From: Cenococcum geophilum
Lineage: Eukaryota
Reading direction: 5' to 3'
Length of the DNA: 64,000 nucleotides
NCBI GenBank assembly: GCA_050273025.1
Contig: CP158636.1
Coordinates: 9,548,001-9,612,000 of the forward strand
A program made the position numbers and the translations under genes. How positions within the stretch are numbered: the stretch's first letter is position 1; every line of letters starts with the position of its first letter. The notes under the pieces are model-generated. The model searched no databases and was not told the DNA's origin. It was given only the letters and a program-made list of their open reading frames with translations. This document shows, piece by piece, positions 13,000 through 23,337 of this stretch.

Positions 13000-13693
13000 G
13001 GCCACTACTAGTTACACACCCCCTAATCACTGCGCGCACACCCCCCAATTGATACGCGTACACCCCTCACTGAACAGGCTTAGATTCTTCCTCTTCAGGT
13101 TAGAACGTCACGTGTGTTTGACTTATATGCATCTGCATCGCGAAAATCAAACTTTTAAAATACAACTTCTATGACTGTGCCACCACAATTAAGTCTTAAT
13201 TTCAACTGTAGTATAACTTGTAGAGTTTAATCCAGAGCTGGAATGCGCCAAAGGACCCGCCAGTAAAGTCGTGTTAAAAGGGCGAGGCCCCACGACGGCT
13301 GTAAGCCTGTGAAATATTACTGCTAAAAACTTAGCAAGCCATCCACAGAGGCATCTTAACTTCCACCGCCATTCTCACCACTTGTAACACCGCATAGCCC
13401 TGCGATTTAGCGAACTTGTTAATATCACCAAGGGTAAAGTTCGCGCAATCGTACGACTTCAACGGAGGTGGGCTAAGAGCCATGGTAGATGTAGGGAAAG
13501 TAATGCAAATGCGAGGTGTTGATTTGGGTATGGGCGCGCGACCGTCGCGCACTGATGCAGATGTAAACAAGTCAAACACACGTGACGTTCTAACCTGAAG
13601 AGGAAGAATCTAAGCCTGTTCAGTGAGGGGTGTACGCGTATTAATTGGGGGGTGTGCGCGCAGTGATTAGGGGGTGTGTAACTAGTAGTGGCC
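13000..13693 (-). mobile_element. Non-autonomous Mutator-like (MULE) deletion derivative
   Basis: TIRs of about 140 bp starting GGCCACTACTAG, with 8-bp TSD TATATTTA. The internal fragment MALSPPPLKSY...INKFAKSQGYAV resembles the N-terminus of fungal MULE transposases. Confidence 0.85.
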
Positions 13694-14929
13694 TATATTT
13701 ATTATCCATTCGTTTAAGAATTATTTTATAACGCTATTACTGCTTATAACTAACTGGGAGATTTATACGCATATATAATCCCAATAAGTAAACCCACCTA
13801 GACGACCTACCTTAACTACACCATTGTCTATAACCGCTACACCCTCCTTTACTAGTCCTATAATGCCGTCTAAGGCTAATATACGCGCCGCTGCCGTAAA
13901 AGAGCGTAAAATTACTAAAGAGTAAAGGGAATAAGCCTAAGATAAAAGGGAGATTTAGAAGTATAAGAAAGAGCGCAAAGCCCGCCTAGCGGAGGAGGCT
14001 TACTAGTATAAATACCACCTAGCTTAAATGGCTTAATTATAGTTAGGCTTAGCCGCTTTAGCCTTATAGGCTATTATAATAGCTACTATAGCTAATGTCC
14101 TTAGTAAGCCTCTCCCTTTTAGTATAAAGTTGCTTAAACTCCGCCTTCTTAGCGTTATAAAAAGGGATTACCTAAATATTTTTAAGGGTACCTTTAATCC
14201 AGTAAACCTCGCCTATCTTTAAGTCTATACCGCTCGAATTAAGATTACTAATAAGATATAGATTAAGAATGGTACTCTAGTTATAAGGAAGGTAAAGGTA
14301 AATAGGAAGCTATTTATAGATAAAGGCGTCTAGTTTAAAGGTTTTACTAACTACGTAGTTATTACTAGCACCCTCTATATATGCCCGCTAAACCTTATTA
14401 CTAGCATACTTCTCTAAATAAATATAATTTGTACTTTATTAACCTAGTATATCTAGGTAAATTATATACTTAATTTAGCACTTAACTATTATACCTTTAT
14501 AATAACTAATAGCTAACTAAAGCCCGCTAATTAGTAAATACTAGCCTAGTATATAGCGCCATACCTTATAATATTTAGTGCTATCGGCTTTACCGCCTTA
14601 AAGAAACCTAGGTTAAATACCTCCTATACCTCTAATACCTACCGCAGGTTTAATAGTAGAGGCTGCAATAATATAGCTTATAAATACCCACATATATCAG
14701 GAATTTTTTTTTGGGCACGTTGTCGCAAGCGAAAATCGGGGTCTGCAAAACCTGCGTAAGTCGCAATTTTGGCAATTTGCGGCAATTTGCAGCAATTTAC
14801 TATAAATACGCAAGTAGCCTGTGCAAATTGCTGCAAATACGCAAGTAGCCTATGCAAGTTGCTGCAAATTGCTAAAATTACTAAAATCGCGACTTAAGCA
14901 GACCCTAATTTTTGGCTGCAATAAAAATA

Positions 14930-15771
14930 CCACAAAGCTCCGCACAAAGCTCTACTAAGGCTCTGCACGAAGCTCTGCACGAAGCTCTACACAAAGCTCT
15001 ACACAAAGCTCTACACGAAGCTCTACACGAAGCTCTACACAAAGCTCTACACGAAGCTCTACACGAAGCTCTACACGAAGCTCTACACAAAGCTCTACAC
15101 GAAGCTCTACACGAAGCTCTACACGAAGCTCTACACAAAGCTCTACACAAAGCTCTACACGAAGCTCTACACGAAGCTCTACACGAAGCTCTACACGAAG
15201 CTCTACACGAAGCTCTACACGAAGCTCTACACGAAGCTCTACACGAAGCTCTACACGAAGCTCTACACGAAGCTCTACACGAAGCTCTACACGAAGCTCT
15301 ACACGAAGCTCTACACAAAGCTCTACACGAAGCTTTGCACGAGGCTCTACACGAGGCTCTACACGAGGCTCTACACGAGGCTCTACACGAGGCTCTACAC
15401 GAAGGTCTGCGTACAGAGGCTCTGCACGAGGCTCTACACGAAGCTCTGTACGAAGCTCTGCACGAAGCTCTGTACGAAGCTCTGCACGAAGCTCTGCACG
15501 AAGCTCTACACAAAGCCCTGCACGAAGCTCTACACAAAGCTTTGCGCGAGGCTTTACACAAGGCTCTACATAAAGCTCTGCGTACAGAGGCTCTATGCGA
15601 GGCTCTGTACGAAGCTCTGCACGAAGCTCTACACGAAGCTTTGCACGAGGCTCTACACAAGGCTCTACACGAAGCTCTGCATAGGGCTCTACACGAAGCT
15701 CTACGTACAGAGGCTCTGCACGAGGCTTTGCGCGAAGCTCTGCGTACGGAGGCTCTACACGAAGCTCTGCA
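14930..15771. repeat. 12-bp minisatellite (GAAGCTCTRCAC)n
   Basis: About 840 bp of tandem 12-mers with occasional 15-bp variants. Confidence 0.97.
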
Positions 15772-16184
15772 TCGGGTCCCCGCTATATTCCCAATAGCCT
15801 CTACACGTGCCTCTGCCAAGATACCCCTTATATACACCTAGGTAGCCACCTTATTTTCTACCCTTCCTTATATCCTCCCTACTTAGGGAGACACTAGAAC
15901 AATAGCTAGCAGACGACCGTCGCCAGAACCAGACGACCACCGTTTAAATAACCATCTAGCGAACGCCACGAACGATTTAATTAACTAATCGATCGAATTA
16001 AACCAGAGCTTTAATATTGGCCCGTCGCCGAATCAAATTAAGGCCTCCTAGGTAGGCACCCTAGACGACCACCGTTTAAATATACAGCTAGCGAACGGCC
16101 GTAGAGAACGATTTAAATTAATATAATTAATCGATTAATCGAATTAGGCGGAGCCTTCGATCGGGCCGACCTTTCCCCTAAATT

Positions 16185-16466
16185 ATAGACAGGTAGGTAT
16201 AGACGGTAGTACAAACAGGAGGCACAGACGGTAGGTATAGACAGGTAGGCATAGACAGGTAGCATAGACAGGTAGGTACAGACAGGTAGGCACAGACAGT
16301 AGGCACAGACAGGTAGGCACAGACAGTAGGCATAGGCAGGTAGGCATAGGCAGGTACAGACAGATAGATAGATAGACAGATAGATAGATAGATAGGCAGG
16401 CAGGCAGATAGGTAGATAGGTAGATAGATAGACAGATAGACAGGTAGGCAGGTAGGCAGGCAGGCA
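16185..16466. repeat. Degenerate AGRY/GGCA/GATA microsatellite
   Basis: Runs of acaggtaggc, gatagata and ggca. The reverse-complement counterpart lies at 50780-50960. Confidence 0.9.
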
Positions 16467-19400
16467 CTAGGCCTAGTTAGGAAATCGGTATACAGCTAGC
16501 AGATCGTTAGGAATACCGCCAATTGATAATTTGGAGCCTTTATAAAGAGTATCCCCCTTATCTTAATTACTTAATAAATAGCTTTACATTTTATATAGTT
16601 ATATAGGAATATAAAATATGCAAAATATAAAATGTATAAAATATATAAAATGTGTAAAATATATAAAATATATAAAATATACAAAACGTGTAAAATATAC
16701 AGGCTCTGCGCGTTTGCTATAAGTTGCTATAAAATGCGCAGGCTCTATGCAGTTTGCTATAAGTTGCTGCAAAATATATAGGCTCTATATAGTTTGCCGC
16801 AAAATGCGTAAACCGCACAAGACTATATATAACTGCCGCGACCGTACAGTTTGCCGCAAATTGCCGCAAACTGCAACAACGAGCCCGAAAAAAATTTTCC
16901 TAATGTAAGTGCTTAAATTATAGTAAAGATTACACTATATTATCTAAAGCTTGCGCCTAGAAATAGTAAGGCGAACCTTATAAAGTAGGGTCTAGCCTAA
17001 TAATAATATTAACTTTAATTATATGCCTAGGACCTAGGCCTAATATATTACTATTATTCCCTACCTTTATAGAGGCGAAGGCTCTTTATTACTTTCCATC
17101 GCCCCTAAAGATTTTAGCGTAGCACTCCCTTCTATTTAACTACCTAGGCAATCTACTAGCCATCTTAGTAGGCATTTTAACCTATAGCTGCGAAATAGGA
17201 GCCGAGTTTATCCCTACCCTAAGATCTTATAGAAACTATAACTCCTCTTAGGATAACGCCGGCCTTATCTCTAAAAAGATAATATTAGACCTTAAAAAAG
17301 GATATATTAGAATCGCGATAGGGCCTATTATAGTCTTACCTCTTAGCCTAGTGCCAAAATTAGATAGAGGATACCACTAAATTTACGATCTCTTCTTTCT
17401 ACTAGTATCTTTAGTTAATAACGTAATCCTAGAAGAATATAGAGCACTAATATACACTATAGTTACCGCTATTTAAGCATACGTTATTTCTATAAGTTGT
17501 AAATATCTACTGCTTAAAAGAGATATTAAAGACGCGTTCTGTATAGTCCCCCTATCTTATAGGGTAAGAACATTAATAGGCTTTTTCTAGGAAGGTATTA
17601 CCTATTAGAAATACTGCCTATCCTTTAGTCTTTAAACTACGCCACTTATATTTAACCTCTTCGCGGAAGGCCTATACTAGATACTCTATTTATAACTGCC
17701 TTATAAGATAAAACACTACCTAGATAACTTTATCTTTGTCCTTACTAACCCAAACAACTTAGCGGCTATTACCTAGACTTATATCTCTATTACTAACTCC
17801 CTAGGTATCCCTTAAAATAGCTTTAAAGATATAGCAGGAACTATTATTAAAGTTTTAGGATATACTATTAACACCATATAAATATAAACGCGATTATTAC
17901 TATAGAAACAATTATATACTATTAAGAAAGTTACTACCACACTCTAATACGGCTTATTATTATTCCTTTAAGCCTAGTAGCTTACGGGCTACCTTATATA
18001 GTACGCCTATATAATTAAACTCGGTTAATTTTACTCTAGATCCCTTTAGATCTTTATTACTGCTTAGCTAAAGACTTTAATAAATAAGTATAAACCTAGG
18101 CGATTTAGCACTAAGTTATAAAGTAACTTATATATCTAGCTTAACCTACTTACTATAAGTAATAGGGTATTATTCTTTAATAACATTAAATATGCCTATA
18201 TTTATCTCTTTACTAATACCTCTACTTAGTTTAGATTTAGTGGCTTTTACTTTTTTAAGAAACTTAAATATAAGGATAACTAGTAGTAGTATATAGCCAA
18301 CCTCCCTTAATCTTAGGCGTTTAGTATATTACCTAAGCCTAGTTAATAAATAGACCATATTAATCTAAAAGAAATGCATACTATTGCTTATATATTTAAT
18401 CTATAGTCTACTAACTAGCAGTATAGCGCGCTATCTATTTATACTAATAGTATAGTGGTTTACTAGGGCATTAAAAAAACCGTTATCTATAGCGTAGCAA
18501 ACGAATTACTCTATAAGATTATGCTAGCTGCTATAGCTTATAATATTATAATATTCGTAAAGTAGATCCTAGGTGATTTAAATAGCTTAGCTAATACACT
18601 ATCTTAATTTTAGGCCGCGGCTATCTATTAGTTCTGCCTATACTAGGCTCTTAATTTATTACTACCAAAGCTAATAAATTTTTAATAGGTGCCGTAAACC
18701 TAACGGACTACTTATAACCGCCTATAAACTTTAAAGATAATATTAACGCGCTATCTAACCTCTATGCGCTCCTTCTCTAAAACAGCCTTACGCTAGTAAC
18801 CCGTAGGAACTATTCCTTAGTAGTTAACAGCTAGGAGTTATACTACGCACTTAAAAGAGTCTCCCCCTACCTAGCTAAGCCGCGTAAACTAGGCAAATAA
18901 ATTGCCCGCTATACGTTTGGTACCTCCTAGCTATAAATAGGTAGGCTTAAGGCCGAAACCTTATAAGCCTATATCTCCGTAATTTGCTTACGCCACGTAG
19001 ATTATAGCATCTTAATTACAGTATTTAAGGATCCTATAGTATACCAATTACTCACTAAAGCAGCCGCTATCTCTCCCTTAGTAAAAAAGGATAAGTAACC
19101 TATTACTAGGGATATTTTAGCCTAGGTAGTAACACACGGCCTATTACTATCGGATATTAATACTAATGCCGTATTTACCCTTGTATTTGCTAGATTTCTA
19201 TAAATAGGCGAGATTATATATACTACGGTAGAGCTTAAAAACTAAACGACCTTCCTAGTAAAAAAGGCTACTTAATATAATATTACCTTTACGCCTAGTA
19301 AAATAATATTCCGCCTTAAATAGAGCAAAGCCAATAAGTAATACTAGGGCGTTAATATCGCTATTGCGGCAATAGGCAGCCTATTATGCCTAATCGCTAC

Positions 19401-20626
19401 TATAATAAAGCTATTTAATAGGGACCCTTAACCCCTTAACTCTCCCTTATTTAGTCTTAATAGTAAACCCTTTACCTCTCTAGGGGTTCGTAAGATCCTT
19501 TCCTCCTATTTAGTAGCTACTAGGATTAACCTAAGTAGTTACTTAAACTACTTTTTCCGCTAGGGCGCTACCTAGTTTACTAAATATTTAGGGTGTTTAT
19601 ATTAGCAAATTTAGCAACTAGGTTAGTGGTTATTAAAAGCCTTTCGCCTATATATTAGGACTAAAACCACTAACCTCTATTACCTTAACTCTTACTTCTA
19701 GCGTAGTATACCGCTCTTAGCGTAAGGATTACTAGGTAGTAGGTTAAGATATTAAGAGGGCCGCTAAGGCGCTAGTGGTAAGTAAGCTAATAGCGATTTT
19801 CTATACCGGGTATAGAAAATCCTAATTAGTTAGCTTATAACTTAGGGTTGGCAGAATATGGCAAAATACGATAATATAGCAGAACTTAGCAGAATGCAAT
19901 AATGTAGCAGAATTTGGCTGAATTTAGCAAAATATAGCAGAATGTAATAATGTCTTATTAGGCATAGGAGCTTTGCTTAGGAATATCTGGCCGCTTTAGG
20001 CAAATCCTTAGCAGATTTAAGTGCTAGAAACTAGTAAAACTATTAAGAACTACCCCTAGAGCGACCTTATAGCCCTACGCCTCCTAATTATACAAAAATT
20101 AAATATCCCCTTACGTGACTACGATAGATAGATACTAGCGTCTATATATTACTTAGTAGCATCTACCTTAGTAACGTATAATGCTGAGACCTCCTATAAT
20201 ATTCGCGAATATTAAACGCAGTTACTACGTGGCTAATTCGCTTTCCTTACCCGCCATCCCTTATACTTAGTATGCATTATATATAGATAGCGCTTTAAGG
20301 CAATTCTTTAGTAGGTGCTAGGAACTAGTAAAACCACTAAGAGCCAGCCTTAATGCGACTATTATAGTTAGATAGTCTTGCAGCTATAGGCTTACGGTTA
20401 GGGATATCTAGCCGCTTTAGGGCAAATCCTTAGCAGATTTAAGTGCTAGGAACTAGCAAAACTGCTAAGAACTAGCCCTAGAGCGACCTTATAGCCCTAC
20501 GCCTCCCAATTATACAAAAATTAAATATCCCCTCACGTGACTGCGATAGATAGAAGGAAATAAAAGACGACTTCCTTACGCTTAATAACTAGAATATTAT
20601 TAAGGAGATGTATACCGTTCTATAAG

Positions 20627-22261
20627 TGTCGGTTTCACAGGGGGGTGACCTATTAAGAGTATACTCTTGTTCTGATGGTTTGCAAATAGGTTGTCAAAAG
20701 CAGAGGATCGTAAGGATCGCAGTGCTTAAGTAGGGGGCTGATGAGTCACCATAAGGGTGACTAATCAGATACACGCGACCGCGCAATATACATTCCAACA
20801 CTGGCAGTTCTTTCTTTGTGCGTAGAACAGCCATCCTAAGACATACAACCACGTAACCCTTGTACATACACTCCAACATAACCTCTGTCCATACATTCCG
20901 ACACTAGCAGTTCTTTCTTTATGCTTGTGGCGCTATAGGAAGGCAGTAGAAGTCGATCAGCTGTAGGTAGGGCAGCAAAGGTAGGTTTGTTTACTGCGGG
21001 CAGAGCAGTAAGGTATCAGTATAGCTGCCGGTGGAGCAGCAAGTTATCAGTCGGCTGCGGGTAAGGCAGCAAGGGTAGGTCTGCTGCAGGCGGAGCAGTA
21101 ACGGTCGAATGGGGGTTAGCTGCAGGCGGAGCAGCTAGAGGTCTGTTTGGGTGGTAGTACGGTACCAGCGGCGGTAGTGGTAGTGGTCAAGCATAGAGCT
21201 TGTCTATCAGCCGGTCGATAGATAGCAGGCATATCGGCGCTATCGTAGGTCAATGGATCGCAGGCGTATCGGCGCGATCGGTATCGTAATAGCAGGCATA
21301 GCGGCGCTATCAGTTTGTCGATGGTATATGGCAGTACGGTGCCATTATTGAGGGTTCGTAGCTGCCGCAAGGCGCCGGCAGATTCGAGAGGGTAGAGGAT
21401 AGGAAGCGCGCTAGCGTTATAGGCGCGCTGTTGACGTGATTTTCGACGTGGCAGAGCCGCTAGGGTTGTGGCAGAGTGTCAAGAATGTAGGGATAGCGTG
21501 CTGGCAGAACCTTGAGAGTCTGGCAGAGCTGAAATTGTCGTAAGATAAGGGCGCGCTGGCAACTGCCGTAGATGCTGATAGAGGAGCAGGGGGCTGGAGA
21601 GCGCGTTATTAACGTGATTTCGACGTGGCAGAGCCACTAGGGTCGTGGCAGAGTGTCGAGCTTGTATAGGGTAACTGTTTTGGCGCGTGCGAGGTATTCT
21701 GGACGCGTTTGCAGTTGTTTTTAACGTGGTTTCTTAATAGGTTCAGTAAAGAAGTCGAGTTTAACGTTGCGTAAGAGGTAAGGGGTAGTTGCGCAAGAAG
21801 CTGAGGGGGAGTTGGGGAACGCGTGGTCTTCTTCGTATTTGTGTAAGGAAGTAAAGGTGGCGAGCTTGCGGTGAGCGTGATGGACGTAGAATTAAGGGCG
21901 GGTGAGGCTGTTAATTCCTTAAATATCTTTTAGATTCTTTGCTCGTGTAAGGAGGAAAGAAAATATCTAATATTCCTTAGCATAAGGTAGTTCCGTAAGT
22001 TCGTATAAGGAAGTTGCAGAGGCCTTATCTCTTCTGAAAAGACCTTGTCAATCTATGGTGTAACCTGTGAGGTTAACCATTAATCAATGTCGGTTTCACA
22101 GGGGGGTGACCTATTAAGAGTATACTCTTGTTCTGATGGTTTGCAAATAGGTTGTCGAAAGCAGAGGATCGTAAGGATCGCAGTGCTTAAGTAGGGGGCT
22201 GATGAGTCACCATAAGGGTGACTAATCAGATACACGCGACCGCGTAATATACATTCCAACA
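20627..22261 (-). mobile_element. Non-autonomous LTR element, 1.6 kb, with copia-family priming signals
   Basis: 174-bp near-identical LTRs at 20627-20800 and 22088-22261, TSD ATAAG, motif gaggttaaccattaatcaa beside the right LTR, pyrimidine tract (PPT on -) beside the left LTR. No RT/IN motifs seen. Confidence 0.92.
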
Positions 22262-22655
22262 ATAAGATTATATTAATAAATTAGGGTAACTTCTTATTAA
22301 TTAAGCACTATAAGTAATTAATATTACGGACCTTATATTGGTAGTAATACGACTACTTAGAAGGGACGTAGATAAGTTAGTAATTATAGTAAGAGAGGTA
22401 ATGGAACTGGTTAAACTATAGGATAACGGCTAAGCGAGTTATATAGACGATTATATGTTCACGTACTAGACGTACTTAAACGTACTAACGTACTATATAC
22501 TTATATAACGTACTTACGTACTAAAGGGAATTCTTAGGCGTTAGGAATTATACTTAAGGACCTATAGTCCCTACCTAAATAGTTTTCTCTTCGTAGTAAA
22601 TTTTAAAATTAGAGTTAATCTATTAGGTACTTACTCTATACGTCAAGCTTATTAA

Positions 22656-23335
22656 CCTTTATTATCTATCCCATTGTAAGGGATATTATTGCGGTTGCCT
22701 CAAGATGCCCTCAGGACAACCCCCGGATACCCCTCGGATGGTCGTCGATCACGTGCCCGTAGTATAGTCTCCGCGATCCCGGAGGCCTCACCTCCTTAAG
22801 GATTCGTCTCCTCCACAATCTATCTTGTTCCTCCTTTACAGCCCCCTATCTACAAAGTCCCCTCACACCCATGGAACGCCTGCGTCTATCTTTAAAGTGG
22901 TCCGTGCGGAACACCGAGCTCAAGAATATGCGTATATTGTATACAGATTTAAGCAATAGATTATTATTAACTATGCCTTCCAAACGTACTTCCAACGACA
23001 TAGATCTTGTTAAACCGACCCAATATCAAGTTAATCCAAATCACAAAGCAAAAGAACCCCTCCCAAGCCGTGGCCTCTACCTGTTTTCAACCCCCTTCAT
23101 ATTAACGATTTCAACAATCGTAGCAAGCCAAATCTACCCTTAAGCGTCGAGCAGAGAAATCCTTTCGCGATATTTAGTTAATTCTTTACGGATAAGGTTA
23201 TAGAGCAGCTAGTAGATTAGACAAATAAGTACGCAGAGCAGTAGCGAGAGGGCAAGGAACAATCGCCATAGGCGCGGGTTGTAAGGCATATTGCCTAGGT
23301 GTACGGTAGGGAGCAGGCAAGCCGAGCATAAGTCA
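22656..23335 (+). mobile_element. Truncated piggyBac-like transposon remnant
   Basis: Possible left end TTAA|CCTTT. Frameshifted translation ...NPFAIFS*FFTDKVIEQLVD*TNKYAE resembles piggyBac transposase N-termini. Confidence 0.6.
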
Positions 23336-23337
23336 TA

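Larger units (their letters stand above)
14695..16905. mobile_element. Non-autonomous TIR element (CACTA/CMC-like) carrying satellite arrays, inserted in Ngaro gag
   Basis: Imperfect TIRs TATCAGGAATTTTTTTTGGGCACGTTG / CAACGAGCCCGAAAAAAATTTTCCTAATG, a 2-bp TA duplication, and subterminal short repeats. Confidence 0.8.
12851..20554 (+). mobile_element. Tyrosine-recombinase retrotransposon (Ngaro/DIRS group) with split direct repeats, RIP-degraded
   Basis: Repeats A1 12851-12962, B1 19983-20132, A2 20134-20245, B2 20404-20554. De-RIP RT motifs LGLVPKSDGGYRRIHDLSFP (~17342), KRDIKDAF (~17516), LSFGLRTAP (~17617), HYLDDF (~17714). RNase H LFTDAS (~18206). YR motifs HSFRRGAA (~19549) and LGRWSS.AFRLY (~19618). 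Confidence 0.93.

Noticed and set aside
14905..15841. (EALH)n His-rich and (RASC)n Cys-rich ORFs of about 310 aa
   Set aside because: The ancestral 12-mer has no stop in any of six frames, so long ORFs on both strands are automatic. They lie in a non-coding TIR element.
18700..19720. Starship captain or Crypton recombinase
   Set aside because: The YR directly follows RT/RNase H within Ngaro-type split repeats, so it belongs to the retrotransposon.
20690..20770. Possible hammerhead ribozyme (CTGATGA plus hairpin; upstream GAAA) suggesting a retrozyme
   Set aside because: No GAAA follows the stem, the permuted arrangement cannot form stems I and II, and CTGATGA is not kept in sister LTRs. An Infernal search would settle it.
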